Shown: positions 30,605 through 39,610 of the stretch, piece after piece | Position numbering within the stretch: position 1 is the stretch's first letter | How the letters are laid out: every line of letters begins with the position of its first letter | Assembly (NCBI GenBank): GCA_036504515.1 | Contig: DASXVA010000007.1 | Coordinates: 100,031 to 164,030 of the forward strand | Direction of reading: 5' to 3' | Length of the DNA: 64,000 nucleotides | From: Rhodocyclaceae bacterium | Lineage (GTDB): Bacteria; Pseudomonadota; Gammaproteobacteria; Burkholderiales; Rhodocyclaceae | Position numbers and translations under genes: made by a program | The notes under the pieces: model-generated | Seen by the model: the letters and a program-made list of their open reading frames with translations, nothing else | Told to the model about the DNA's origin: nothing | Databases searched by the model: none

Positions 30605-31120
30605 ATGGTTATTTGGATAATTGGTCTCTCTGGGGCTGGCAAGTCGACACTTGCGAAGGAGGTGGTGGAGCGTGTGCGCGCCATGGGCCGGCCAGTGGTA
30701 CTGCTCGATGGTGATGCGGTCCGAGAAATGTTTGATAACGACCTTGGACATTCCATGGACGACCGGCGCACGAATGCGCAGCGAATTTGCCAATTGAGCA
30801 AGTTCATCGAGGCACAGGGCATTGCAGTGGTTTGCGCAATACTGTCTATTTTTCCCGAAAGCCGGGCATGGAACCGCGAGCACCTGTCGCGTTATTTCGA
30901 AGTCTTCATCGACACTCCGGTCGAACATCTGGTGCATCGTGATTCCAAGGACCTGTACTCTCGCTATCAGCGTGGTGAAATCCATGGCGTAGCCGGCATG
31001 GACCTGCCATTCCCACCGCCAGACCAAGCTGACATGGTCATTCACAACACCGGCAGCCGTGACGAACTGCTGGCCCATGCTCAGGCACTAGCGGCGCTAG
31101 CGGCTGGCGACGTGGGGTGA
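30605..31120 (+). CDS. APS-kinase-fold kinase (CysC-like), Cj1415 cytidine diphosphoramidate kinase-like
   Basis: P-loop GLSGAGKST, LDGD.VR, DR..N..R and RD.K.LY...RGEI.G..G.D.P...P, 171 aa. It is not next to any sulfate-activation gene. Confidence 0.78.
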   Translation: MVIWIIGLSGAGKSTLAKEVVERVRAMGRPVVLLDGDAVREMFDNDLGHSMDDRRTNAQRICQLSKFIEAQGIAVVCAILSIFPESRAWNREHLSRYFEVFIDTPVEHLVHRDSKDLYSRYQRGEIHGVAGMDLPFPPPDQADMVIHNTGSRDELLAHAQALAALAAGDVG

Positions 31121-31797
31121 CTTCCCGCATGAATTATTCCTATACTTACGACAATCAACTCGAGCGGCCGTGCAGCTACATGTATTCTGTATTCGGGGGG
31201 GCAGCGTTTCTGGCTGCGTACCGGCAGTCTCGGTTGGCCATGATTGCCGCCTTGCCGTCTGTGCAAGCACAGGATGAAAGTGCGCAGGACCAGCAATTGC
31301 TTGCGCGGTGGCGCGGGCAATTGGAGCGGTTGGCCGTCGGCGCTCCGGTGGCGGATCTGCCGCAGGCAAGGGGTGGCGATCTGGCACGTTTTGACCTGAC
31401 GCAAACGGTAAGCACAGAGGAACTGCTTGATGCCATGCTGGAATGCCTGCCGGGCCAAGAGCGATGGTCGTTCTGGCTGGCGCGTCTGGTGCAACGCTTC
31501 GAGGTGACGAAAAAGTTGTACCAACTCTACCCACCGGGTTTCCGCAAAGGCGAGGGGGGGTACGAGAATCTGGCCCATTACCGCAAGCTGGCCCTGCTGC
31601 TTACCCATGGCTTTGCAGAGTCCGGCAGCCTGGTGTACCTGAATGCTTTGCTGAAGGTGAACGATCTGATGTTCTCTGCGCTGGAACCAATGCGCTGGTC
31701 TCGGTCAGCGATGGAATTGCTGGCCCTATTGGCGAATGCAGAACTGCGATTTGTCGCGCGGCTGGGTACTGAGCGGGGAGTTTCAAGTGCTGGATGA
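31117..31797 (+). CDS. Hypothetical protein (no recognisable family)
   Basis: A 226 aa ORF overlapping both neighbours (ATGA-type coupling upstream, 11 nt overlap downstream). Codon usage is consistent with its neighbours. Confidence 0.55.
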   Translation: MTSRMNYSYTYDNQLERPCSYMYSVFGGAAFLAAYRQSRLAMIAALPSVQAQDESAQDQQLLARWRGQLERLAVGAPVADLPQARGGDLARFDLTQTVSTEELLDAMLECLPGQERWSFWLARLVQRFEVTKKLYQLYPPGFRKGEGGYENLAHYRKLALLLTHGFAESGSLVYLNALLKVNDLMFSALEPMRWSRSAMELLALLANAELRFVARLGTERGVSSAG

Positions 31798-32512
31798 CGT
31801 CCTTCTGTTGGCGGCGGATACGTCACGCTCACGGGTCTATGCGCAGGCGCTGCGACAGGCCGGTCTGCTGCCCCGGTACGCCCTGTTGGTGCCAAACCGA
31901 ACCGGCACGAGCCTGCCGGGTCAGTCAGCTGCGGCGGAGGAACTCCAGCACCCACGGCTGGAGTGGATGCGCCACGGGTATGATCTGTCGGTGCCGCTGC
32001 ACGCTACCTTGGCAGATGGCGGGGTCGACGTGGCCGCGCTGACAACGCACGACATTAACAGCACGCAGGCGGCCGCGGAGATTGGGGCGCGGCCGCAGTC
32101 CGTCGTCATCTACTCGGGCTATGGCGGTGTTCTGGTCGGTGCCGGGCTGCTTGGCCTTGGCAAGAGTTTCCTACACGTGCACGGTGGTTACCTGCCGGAT
32201 TACAAAGGCAGCACTACGAATTACTACAGCCTACTGGCCGAGGGCACCATGGGGGCTTCGGCGATTTTTCTGACGACCGAAATCGACTGCGGTCCGGTGC
32301 TCTTGCGGAGGAAGTTCTCCGCCCCCATAGAGCGCACCGGCATAGACCACCTGTACGATTCGGCTGCTCGGGCGGAAGTGCTGGTGCAGACCCTGGCAGC
32401 GTATGCCAGAGATGGGGAGTGGCCGTCGGCCCTACCCGAGAACGCCGGCGGCAAGACGTACTATGTCATCCATCCGGTGCTCAAGCATCTGGCCATACTC
32501 GCAGGAAAGTAA
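31787..32512 (+). CDS. Formyltransferase N-domain-like protein (catalytic-domain fold only)
   Basis: VVIYSGYGGVLVGAGLL...FLHVHGGYLPDYKGSTTNYYSLL...GASAIFLTTEIDCGPVL resembles the Fmt/PurN-type core (H.S.LP..RG). GTG start at 31787 assumed. Confidence 0.6.
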   Translation: MLDDVLLLAADTSRSRVYAQALRQAGLLPRYALLVPNRTGTSLPGQSAAAEELQHPRLEWMRHGYDLSVPLHATLADGGVDVAALTTHDINSTQAAAEIGARPQSVVIYSGYGGVLVGAGLLGLGKSFLHVHGGYLPDYKGSTTNYYSLLAEGTMGASAIFLTTEIDCGPVLLRRKFSAPIERTGIDHLYDSAARAEVLVQTLAAYARDGEWPSALPENAGGKTYYVIHPVLKHLAILAGK

Positions 32513-32521
32513 GCGCTTAAC

Positions 32522-33313
32522 ATGAGAATAACCTATCGGAGTTCGGGCGTGCGCGAGTACTGGGCCAAGCGCTGGGCCAGCATCCCGGCAGATGAGCCGA
32601 TGGAAAACCTAGCAGTGTATCCGCTGAAGTACGCTGAACTGACCATTTCGGACCAAGCTGGCACCATTCTCGAAGCTGGCTGCGGTGCAGGCCGCGTCCT
32701 GCGATACTATAAAGATAGAGGTTATTCCATCATAGGGATGGACTATATCGAAGCCGCCGTTGAGAAGTTAAGGGCGACGGACCCGGAGTTGCAGGTGGAG
32801 GTTGGCGACATCACCAGACTGTCCTATGGTGATGCAAGTTTCCGCACCGTGTTGGCGTTCGGCCTCTACCACAACCTGCAGGGAGAGTCGCTTGACCGGG
32901 CGATGGCCGAGACCTTTCGTGTGATGGAATCGGGTGGGCGCGTCTGCGCGTCCTTCCGTGCTGACAACTTGCAAACCCGGCTCACGGACTGGCTGGCGGA
33001 TTACCGAGCCGGCAAGGCGGCGCGCAACGGCGTGCGCGAATTCCACAAACTGAACCTGACGCGAGGTGAATACGAAGACTTGTTCCGACGTGCCGGATTC
33101 ATTGTGGAGCAAACCTTTCCTGTAGAAAACATGCCCATTCTCTACAAGTTTGCCGTGTTCCGCAGCCGGCAGCACAAGACCTTCGACGAAAACCTGGCGC
33201 GCAAGGAAGGCTACCGGCTTTCTCCACTGGGAAACGTAATCCAGCGCTTCCTGATGCGCCGGTTCCCGTACCAGTTCTGTAACATTCTTGTCGTGATTGC
33301 CCGTAAACCGTGA
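32522..33313 (+). CDS. Class I SAM-dependent methyltransferase (Cj1419/Cj1420-like)
   Basis: Motif I ILEAGCGAGRVL, acidic post-I GMDYI, 263 aa. Confidence 0.8.
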   Translation: MRITYRSSGVREYWAKRWASIPADEPMENLAVYPLKYAELTISDQAGTILEAGCGAGRVLRYYKDRGYSIIGMDYIEAAVEKLRATDPELQVEVGDITRLSYGDASFRTVLAFGLYHNLQGESLDRAMAETFRVMESGGRVCASFRADNLQTRLTDWLADYRAGKAARNGVREFHKLNLTRGEYEDLFRRAGFIVEQTFPVENMPILYKFAVFRSRQHKTFDENLARKEGYRLSPLGNVIQRFLMRRFPYQFCNILVVIARKP

Positions 33314-33996
33314 AACAGCAGCCTTTGATTGCTATCACCATGCGGGCCGACCCGGTGGCCGGGCGCAACGAAGTACGTGATGCACTCGACCAGGCGTGGC
33401 TGCGGTTTTTCAGCGTGGCCGGCGTCCGGCCGCTACTGGTACCCAACGGACTGGGCGACCCGGTGGAGTACCTGCATGCAATGGGTGCTTCGGGGCTGGT
33501 GATCTCCGGTGGTAATGACATGTCAAGCAGTTTCCCAACCTGCTCCGGCGCGAGCGCCTTGGTGCGCGAAGGCCAGTTCCTGGACGTGCAACCGCTGCGC
33601 GACCAGCTCGAATCGCATCTGCTCGGCGCCAGCGCGACCGAAGGGTGGCCTGTACTTGGCGTTTGCCGGGGCATGCAGGCGATCAACCTATTTCATGGTG
33701 GGCGCCTGGAGCCCGTTTCCGGCCACGTTCGCACCCGGCACCGGCTGGTGCGGCTCGCTCCGACAGGCGAGTTCGAATTCGACGCGGAAGTGAACTCTTT
33801 CCATAACTACGGCGTCCCGCTGGATGGGCTTGGTTCAGGCTTTGTCGCATTAGCAACCGCTGGGGAAAGCGTAGAGGCGATCTGGAACGAAGACCTCCGC
33901 CAGCTCGGCGTGATGTGGCATCCGGAACGCAATGAGCCTTTCAGCAAGAATGATCTGGACTTGTTTCGTCAGCTTTTTGGGATATCCAGCGAATGA
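33310..33996 (+). CDS. Class I glutamine amidotransferase/peptidase C26 family hydrolase (Cj1417 gamma-glutamyl-CDP-amidate hydrolase-like)
   Basis: Nucleophile elbow LGVCRGMQAIN and C-terminal GVMWHPER (His/Glu of the triad). Overlaps the upstream stop. Confidence 0.8.
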   Translation: MKQQPLIAITMRADPVAGRNEVRDALDQAWLRFFSVAGVRPLLVPNGLGDPVEYLHAMGASGLVISGGNDMSSSFPTCSGASALVREGQFLDVQPLRDQLESHLLGASATEGWPVLGVCRGMQAINLFHGGRLEPVSGHVRTRHRLVRLAPTGEFEFDAEVNSFHNYGVPLDGLGSGFVALATAGESVEAIWNEDLRQLGVMWHPERNEPFSKNDLDLFRQLFGISSE

Positions 33997-34769
33997 ACAT
34001 GAAAACCGCACCTCAGGTCATCATCCTGGCCGCCGGCGAAGGCAGTCGACTGCGGCCGTACACCAATGATCGACCAAAATGCCTGGTCGAGGTGGCTGGC
34101 TCCAGCTTGCTCGACCGCCAATTGAAGGTGCTGCGCTCGCAAGGCCTGGAGGACATCGGCGTCATAGCCGGGTACCGTGGCGAGCAACTGAAGGGGCGTG
34201 GTCTGCGCGTCTACAATAACCCACACTACGCCCAGACCAACATGGTTTGGACCCTATTCTGCGCTGAGCAGTCGCTGGATCGGGAAACCATCATCGCCTA
34301 CGGCGATATCGTATATTCGTCGCACAACCTCCGGGCCCTGCTGAACAGCAAGGCCGACATTGCGGTGGTGATAGACAGGCAGTGGGAGTCCTACTGGCGG
34401 GCACGCTTTGGAAACCCACTGGATGACGCCGAAACCCTCAAACTCGACGGAAATGGCTGTATTACCGAGATTGGACAAAAGCCGACTTCGCTGTACGACA
34501 TTCAAGGGCAGTACATCGGGTTGATGAAGTTTTCCGCTCATGGTGTTGAACAGTTGCGTCAGCGCTTTCATGCAGCCCGCCAATCCGGCGAAATTCGCGG
34601 CAAGACGCTCGAGAAAGCCTACATGACGGACATGCTGCAGTTGCTGATCGACACGGGGTGTCGGGTGGAGGCCGTTCCGGTCGATGGCGAGTGGGTGGAG
34701 GTGGACAACGCAACCGATCTTGCGCTGACGGTTACCCGCGAGCGGTTGGAAACTATCGCTGCCGAATGA
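33993..34769 (+). CDS. Sugar/phospho-substrate nucleotidyltransferase (Cj1416 CTP:phosphoglutamine cytidylyltransferase-like)
   Basis: N-terminal ILAAGEGSRLRPYTNDRPKCL NTP-binding loop, 258 aa. Overlaps the upstream stop. Confidence 0.8.
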   Translation: MNMKTAPQVIILAAGEGSRLRPYTNDRPKCLVEVAGSSLLDRQLKVLRSQGLEDIGVIAGYRGEQLKGRGLRVYNNPHYAQTNMVWTLFCAEQSLDRETIIAYGDIVYSSHNLRALLNSKADIAVVIDRQWESYWRARFGNPLDDAETLKLDGNGCITEIGQKPTSLYDIQGQYIGLMKFSAHGVEQLRQRFHAARQSGEIRGKTLEKAYMTDMLQLLIDTGCRVEAVPVDGEWVEVDNATDLALTVTRERLETIAAE

Positions 34770-36571
34770 AATCTCAATTCCTCGTCTCGGCATGCCGGGA
34801 GGCATTGCCCGCAGGGGTGAAAAACATCTATGTGGCTGATCCGTTCATCTACCATGTTCTGAGCCGCGAAGGCCGGCTTTCGGAATTTTCCTCGGTAGAA
34901 GTCGGGCCGGTATATGACCCCTCGAGGGATAATTTACAGAGTGACCACGACGATGTGGACGGGCGCCATACCCGTTACCTCGCCCTTCTGATACCCCGGA
35001 TCAACCAGGTGCTGGGGTGTCAGCATGGCGAGCTGTTTTGGAAGCAGTTGCTGTCCGTTCCCCTGGTGAAGCATATTGGCATGTGCTACGCGATGTTCTG
35101 GCAGTGCGAGCGGCAGTTCGACGCGCGCCGTCACAGCGTGTTGGCGATGCGCCAAGATGCGTTCAGGGTCCCGCTGACATTCGACGAGCACCGGCATTAC
35201 CTGCAGCATACCGAGATGGGCCAGGAACAGTTGTTCGCCGTCTATTGCGAATTGTTTTTGGACGGGCCGGTGGAACGCTTTGGGACCTGTGCCCCAGCTC
35301 CCGCAGATGGCGCGACTGCGACATCCGATGGGACGGGTACCCCTCGGCGCAGCCTGGGCGAGCGCCTGCATCCGAAGCGGTTGCTGCGCAAACTGCTGCG
35401 GCAACGCCATCCACGGCTTGGCGTGCTGAATTCTTATTTTTCCGCCGCCTACATGGACCATCTGCTATGGCGGAGTCTGGGGCGTATCCAGCCGCTGAGT
35501 CTGCCTGCGTTGTCGTCCGACCGCCCTGCGCCGGATCTGAAGGCGCGGGCGTACCTAACCGAATGGGAAGACGATTTCGACCGGTTTGACCAGTTCTGCA
35601 TGCGCTGCCTTTACCACCTGTGGCCTGTGTCTATGCTGGAGGGCTTCGGGCCGCGCCTGATGACGATGCAACAATTTTTCCAGAAACAGCAGGGCTTGCG
35701 TTGGGTGGTCAGCGAAGCCTGGCCGGCTGATGACGCCACCAGCTTGGCACTGGCGGTGCTGCGCGAGTCTGGTGTGCGGCAGATGTATAACGAGCACAAT
35801 TATCTTGCCGTGCCATTTGTTGGCAACCACCTGAAGTACATCGCCGCGATCACGGATGAGTTTTTGACGCTGGGTTGGAATGACAGCGATCTTCCGAACC
35901 TAGTCCCTGCTGCGTCACTGTTTCCCTGGTATAGCCAGGAAGCCCGCCCGGTACCCGACATCAACTTGTTGCTGGTGGGCGGCTTACCACAGGCGCGCTG
36001 TCCCGAGATAGGGTCATCATGGGGGGACGCTGGTGCTCGGGGCGCGCGGCAATACCTAAATGCCACTAAAGGCCTGTTGGAAGCCTTAGGAGCAGATCTG
36101 CGGGCGAAAACGTATTTCCGCGCTTATCCGCGCTATGCCTCGCGCAACTGGGCGGTCTGGGATCAGCGCTACGAGTTTGGTGACGTGCTGCAATCGTTGG
36201 CGCAATACGACGATGACAGCGTGGTCAGCGCTTCCCAGTTGATGCGTCGAGCCCGGCTAGTCATCGTCAACTATCTCAGCACGGCGCATCTTGAGTCGCT
36301 GTTGGCGAATATTCCAACGGTGCTGCTATGGAACGCGTCGACGAACTGTTTCAGCCGGAAATATGAAGATATCTTCGACGGGCTCAGGGACGCTGGTATC
36401 TGCCATACCGATCCGGCTGCCGCCGGCGCGTTCATCCGCAGTATCGCCGAAGACCCGGAGGCTTGGTGGGGGAGCGCAAATACCCAGGCAGCCAAGACAG
36501 ACTTCCTGCAGCGCTTCTTTGGCCATCAGTCCACAATGTTGGCGCATCTGATTACACGAGCGAAACAATGA
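34766..36571 (+). CDS. Large soluble protein of unknown family, candidate phosphoramidate/phospho-group transferase
   Basis: The ATG at 34766 overlaps the upstream TGA (ATGA). 601 aa with no TM segments or classic GT motifs seen by eye. Size and position are comparable to Cj1421/Cj1422. Confidence 0.6.
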   Translation: MKSQFLVSACREALPAGVKNIYVADPFIYHVLSREGRLSEFSSVEVGPVYDPSRDNLQSDHDDVDGRHTRYLALLIPRINQVLGCQHGELFWKQLLSVPLVKHIGMCYAMFWQCERQFDARRHSVLAMRQDAFRVPLTFDEHRHYLQHTEMGQEQLFAVYCELFLDGPVERFGTCAPAPADGATATSDGTGTPRRSLGERLHPKRLLRKLLRQRHPRLGVLNSYFSAAYMDHLLWRSLGRIQPLSLPALSSDRPAPDLKARAYLTEWEDDFDRFDQFCMRCLYHLWPVSMLEGFGPRLMTMQQFFQKQQGLRWVVSEAWPADDATSLALAVLRESGVRQMYNEHNYLAVPFVGNHLKYIAAITDEFLTLGWNDSDLPNLVPAASLFPWYSQEARPVPDINLLLVGGLPQARCPEIGSSWGDAGARGARQYLNATKGLLEALGADLRAKTYFRAYPRYASRNWAVWDQRYEFGDVLQSLAQYDDDSVVSASQLMRRARLVIVNYLSTAHLESLLANIPTVLLWNASTNCFSRKYEDIFDGLRDAGICHTDPAAAGAFIRSIAEDPEAWWGSANTQAAKTDFLQRFFGHQSTMLAHLITRAKQ

Positions 36572-36669
36572 CGAAGACACTGGCAAACAGTGCTCAATAG
36601 CGTTGGCAACTATCTGGCTAGCGCCAGCAGCCGGCCTTTGCAACAACAAAATTTACCAATGTAAGGCAT

Positions 36670-37665
36670 ATGACAGTACTAATTACCGGGGCAGACGGAT
36701 TCATTGGCTCCCATCTGGTCGAGCACATGTTACGTCGTGGCCAGCGTGTCCGAGCCTTCGTTCTATACAACTCATTCAACTCCTGGGGTTGGTTGGATGA
36801 CTGTCCGACCGAATACCGCAAGAACTTGGAAATTTTCAGCGGTGACATCCGTGACCCGTACGGCGTCAAGGAATCGATGAAGGGCTGCGACGCGGTTCTC
36901 CATCTAGCGTCGCTGATTGCTATTCCGTATTCATATCATTCGCCGGACACCTACGTCGATACCAACGTCAAGGGGACCCTGAACGTCCTCCAGGCGGCGC
37001 GAGAGCTTGGCCTGGCGCGGGTGATCCATACCTCGACCAGCGAGGTGTACGGAACCGCCCGGTTCGTGCCAATAACCGAAGAGCATCCACTGCTTGGCCA
37101 GTCGCCGTATTCGGCGACTAAGATCGCGGCTGACCAACTGGCATATTCGTTCTATGCCTCATTCAACCTGCCGGTGATGATCGTACGCCCGTTCAATACC
37201 TACGGGCCCCGCCAGTCGGCGCGTGCGGTGATTCCCACCATCATCAGCCAGATTGCCAGCGGCAAGCGCGAGATTTATCTCGGCGCGGTGTCGCCGACGC
37301 GCGACTTTAACTTCGTCTCCGATACCGTCGCCGGATTCGCCGCGGCGCTGGATGCGCCGCAGGTCGTCGGCGAAGTTGTCAACGTGGGGAGCAATTTCGA
37401 GATCTCGATCGCTGACACGGTACGCATGATCGCGGATATCATGAATGCGGATATCACTATCGTCACCGACGAGCAGCGCCTGCGCCCAGGGAAGAGCGAG
37501 GTCGAGAGGCTGTGGGCGGACAACCGCAAGGCGCGCGAACTGCTCCGTTGGCAGCCTGAACATGGAGGGCTCGATGGCCTGCGCCGCGGCCTCGAGAAAA
37601 CCGTGGCCTGGTTCCTCGATCCGACCAACCTGGCGCGCTACAAGTCCGACATATACAACATCTGA
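36670..37665 (+). CDS. NAD-dependent NDP-sugar 4,6-dehydratase (LegB-like)
   Basis: [14 protein letters not shown] Rossmann motif, [11 protein letters not shown], catalytic YSATK, 331 aa. Confidence 0.82.
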   Translation: MTVLITGADGFIGSHLVEHMLRRGQRVRAFVLYNSFNSWGWLDDCPTEYRKNLEIFSGDIRDPYGVKESMKGCDAVLHLASLIAIPYSYHSPDTYVDTNVKGTLNVLQAARELGLARVIHTSTSEVYGTARFVPITEEHPLLGQSPYSATKIAADQLAYSFYASFNLPVMIVRPFNTYGPRQSARAVIPTIISQIASGKREIYLGAVSPTRDFNFVSDTVAGFAAALDAPQVVGEVVNVGSNFEISIADTVRMIADIMNADITIVTDEQRLRPGKSEVERLWADNRKARELLRWQPEHGGLDGLRRGLEKTVAWFLDPTNLARYKSDIYNI

Positions 37666-38759
37666 TGGCCGCGTCATGGTACGCAATGGCCGCATCGATT
37701 ACGTCGAGCATGGAAACAATGATGCCTGGATTTGAACTCGGGGGCCGCCTGATCGGCCCCGACCATCCGCCGCTGGTTATTGCTGAAATGGGGATCAACC
37801 ACGAGGGCAGCCTCGAGACCGCGTTCGCCATGGTCGATGCGGCGGCCAATGCCGGCGTCGAGGTGCTCAAGCACCAGACGCACGTCGTCGAGGATGAGAT
37901 GAGCGGCGCTGCCAAGCGGGTCATCCCGGGCAATGCCAGCGATTCGATATATGACATCATGGCCCGCTGCGCTCTATCTGAAGAAGACGAGCGCGTCCTC
38001 AAGGCCTACGTCGAAGCGAAGGGGATGATCTTCCTTAGTACGCCATTCTCGCGCGCGGCGGCTGACCGTCTCGAACGGATGGGAGTGGCTGGCTACAAGA
38101 TCGGTTCAGGCGAGTGCAACAATTACCCGCTGCTCAAGCATGTCGCGGGCTTCGGCAAGCCAATTATCCTGAGCACCGGGATGAATACTCTGGAGAGTGT
38201 CGGCAAGGCCGTCGAGATATTCAAAAATCATCGAGTGCCATATGCCCTGCTGCATACAACGAACCTGTACCCGACTCCGCCGCATCTGGTCCGTCTCGGC
38301 GCGATGGTCCAGTTGGCGCGGACCTTCCCCGACGCTGTGATCGGCCTCTCCGATCACACCATCAACAATATCGCCTGCCTGGGCGCGGTTGCCCTCGGGG
38401 CCAGCATCCTTGAGCGCCACTTCACCGACAGCATGGATCGCGCAGGACCAGACATCGTCTGTTCGATGGATCCCGTGGCTTGCCGCGAGCTGATCGAGGG
38501 TAGCCGCATCCTGCACAGCGAACTCGGCGGGGAAAAGGGCCCGACGAAGGAAGAGCAGGTGACCATGGACTTTGCCTTCGCAACCGTGGTGACAATCGCG
38601 CCAATCCGGGCCGGCGAGATATTCACGATGCAGAACCTCTGGGTCAAGCGGCCGGGTACCGGGTCGATCCCCGCCGAACAGTTCGAGGCCTTACTCGGCA
38701 AGTCTGCTTCACGGGATCTCGCGCCGGATACCCATCTCGACATGGACGACATCGCTTGA
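37665..38759 (+). CDS. neuB: NeuB-family nonulosonic acid synthase (legionaminic acid synthase LegI-like)
   Basis: [29 protein letters not shown], and a C-terminal SAF/antifreeze-like domain ([10 protein letters not shown]). TGATG overlap with the upstream gene. The true start may be 37710-37722. Confidence 0.85.
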   Translation: MAASWYAMAASITSSMETMMPGFELGGRLIGPDHPPLVIAEMGINHEGSLETAFAMVDAAANAGVEVLKHQTHVVEDEMSGAAKRVIPGNASDSIYDIMARCALSEEDERVLKAYVEAKGMIFLSTPFSRAAADRLERMGVAGYKIGSGECNNYPLLKHVAGFGKPIILSTGMNTLESVGKAVEIFKNHRVPYALLHTTNLYPTPPHLVRLGAMVQLARTFPDAVIGLSDHTINNIACLGAVALGASILERHFTDSMDRAGPDIVCSMDPVACRELIEGSRILHSELGGEKGPTKEEQVTMDFAFATVVTIAPIRAGEIFTMQNLWVKRPGTGSIPAEQFEALLGKSASRDLAPDTHLDMDDIA

Positions 38760-38770
38760 CTCGAACCTCC

Positions 38771-39610
38771 ATGCCCACCATCGTTATTACAGGAGCATCG
38801 GGATTCGTTGGCCGCCAGCTGCATGCGCACCTGGTCGCAATGGGCGCTCATGTCATCGCGGTCTCCCGGCAGCCTCGCACGGGTATGGTGCAAGTCGACG
38901 ACTATGGCCGCAGCCCGGATGGCGATGTGCTGATACACTTGGGCGAGGAATCCGACCGGGCGGTGGTCAACCGCGCCGGCGAAGCTTACCTAGATGTGTC
39001 CACGCGTGTTGTCGGTGCCCTTGCCGCGCGCGGCTACCGCAGGCTCGTGTACATCTCTTCGGGAACAGTGTATGGCGACGCCAGCCCGGAGCCGAACGAG
39101 CCCGGCAACGCCGTCATCGCCAATGACATTTATAACCGTGCTAAGCTCGCCAACGAAGACATCGTCCTCGCCGCCGGCGGAGGCGTAGCGCGGCTCAGCA
39201 ACCTTTATGGCGAAGGTATGGCGGTGAGCAACGTGCTGTCCGACATCATCGCCCAGGTGCCGGGACCTGGGCCTCTCGTCGTACGTGACGTCACTCCAGT
39301 GCGCGATTACCTGCATGTCAGCGACGCAGCAGAGGCGCTGGCGCGGTTTGCCGAGAGTAATTACATGGGCATTATTAACGTCGCCACCGGTCGCGGGACA
39401 TCTGTGCATCGCCTTGCCGAGATCGCCTTAGCCGCAGCAGGTCAGGCCGGACGTGAGGTGATGTCGACAAACTCGATGACGCGCTCCTCGATCAACGTCC
39501 TCGACATCAAGCTGACTAGCGTAATCCTTGATTGGTGGCCGCGGATGGACTTGGCCGAACGACTGACTGAACTTGTACACAGCAAAATGGGGTCGAATTA
39601 TGGGCGGTAA
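38771..39610 (+). CDS. SDR-family NAD-dependent epimerase/reductase
   Basis: ITGASGFVGRQL Rossmann motif and YNRAK catalytic pair. Alternative TTG start at 38756. Confidence 0.72.
   Translation: MPTIVITGASGFVGRQLHAHLVAMGAHVIAVSRQPRTGMVQVDDYGRSPDGDVLIHLGEESDRAVVNRAGEAYLDVSTRVVGALAARGYRRLVYISSGTVYGDASPEPNEPGNAVIANDIYNRAKLANEDIVLAAGGGVARLSNLYGEGMAVSNVLSDIIAQVPGPGPLVVRDVTPVRDYLHVSDAAEALARFAESNYMGIINVATGRGTSVHRLAEIALAAAGQAGREVMSTNSMTRSSINVLDIKLTSVILDWWPRMDLAERLTELVHSKMGSNYGR

Noticed and set aside
30101-31078. A 325 aa minus-strand ORF, plus several other long antisense ORFs in the same high-GC region (29281-29790, 31081-31608, 35555-35830).
   Set aside because: These lie opposite the strongly supported Cj1418-like and Cj1415-like genes. 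High GC content suppresses stop codons on the antisense strand. No family resemblance was seen.
36572-36669. The 98 bp gap before the LegB-like gene contains CAGTGCTC, which recalls the upstream half of the JUMPStart consensus.
   Set aside because: No GGCGGTAG ops core follows it. An 8-mer match alone is not meaningful.
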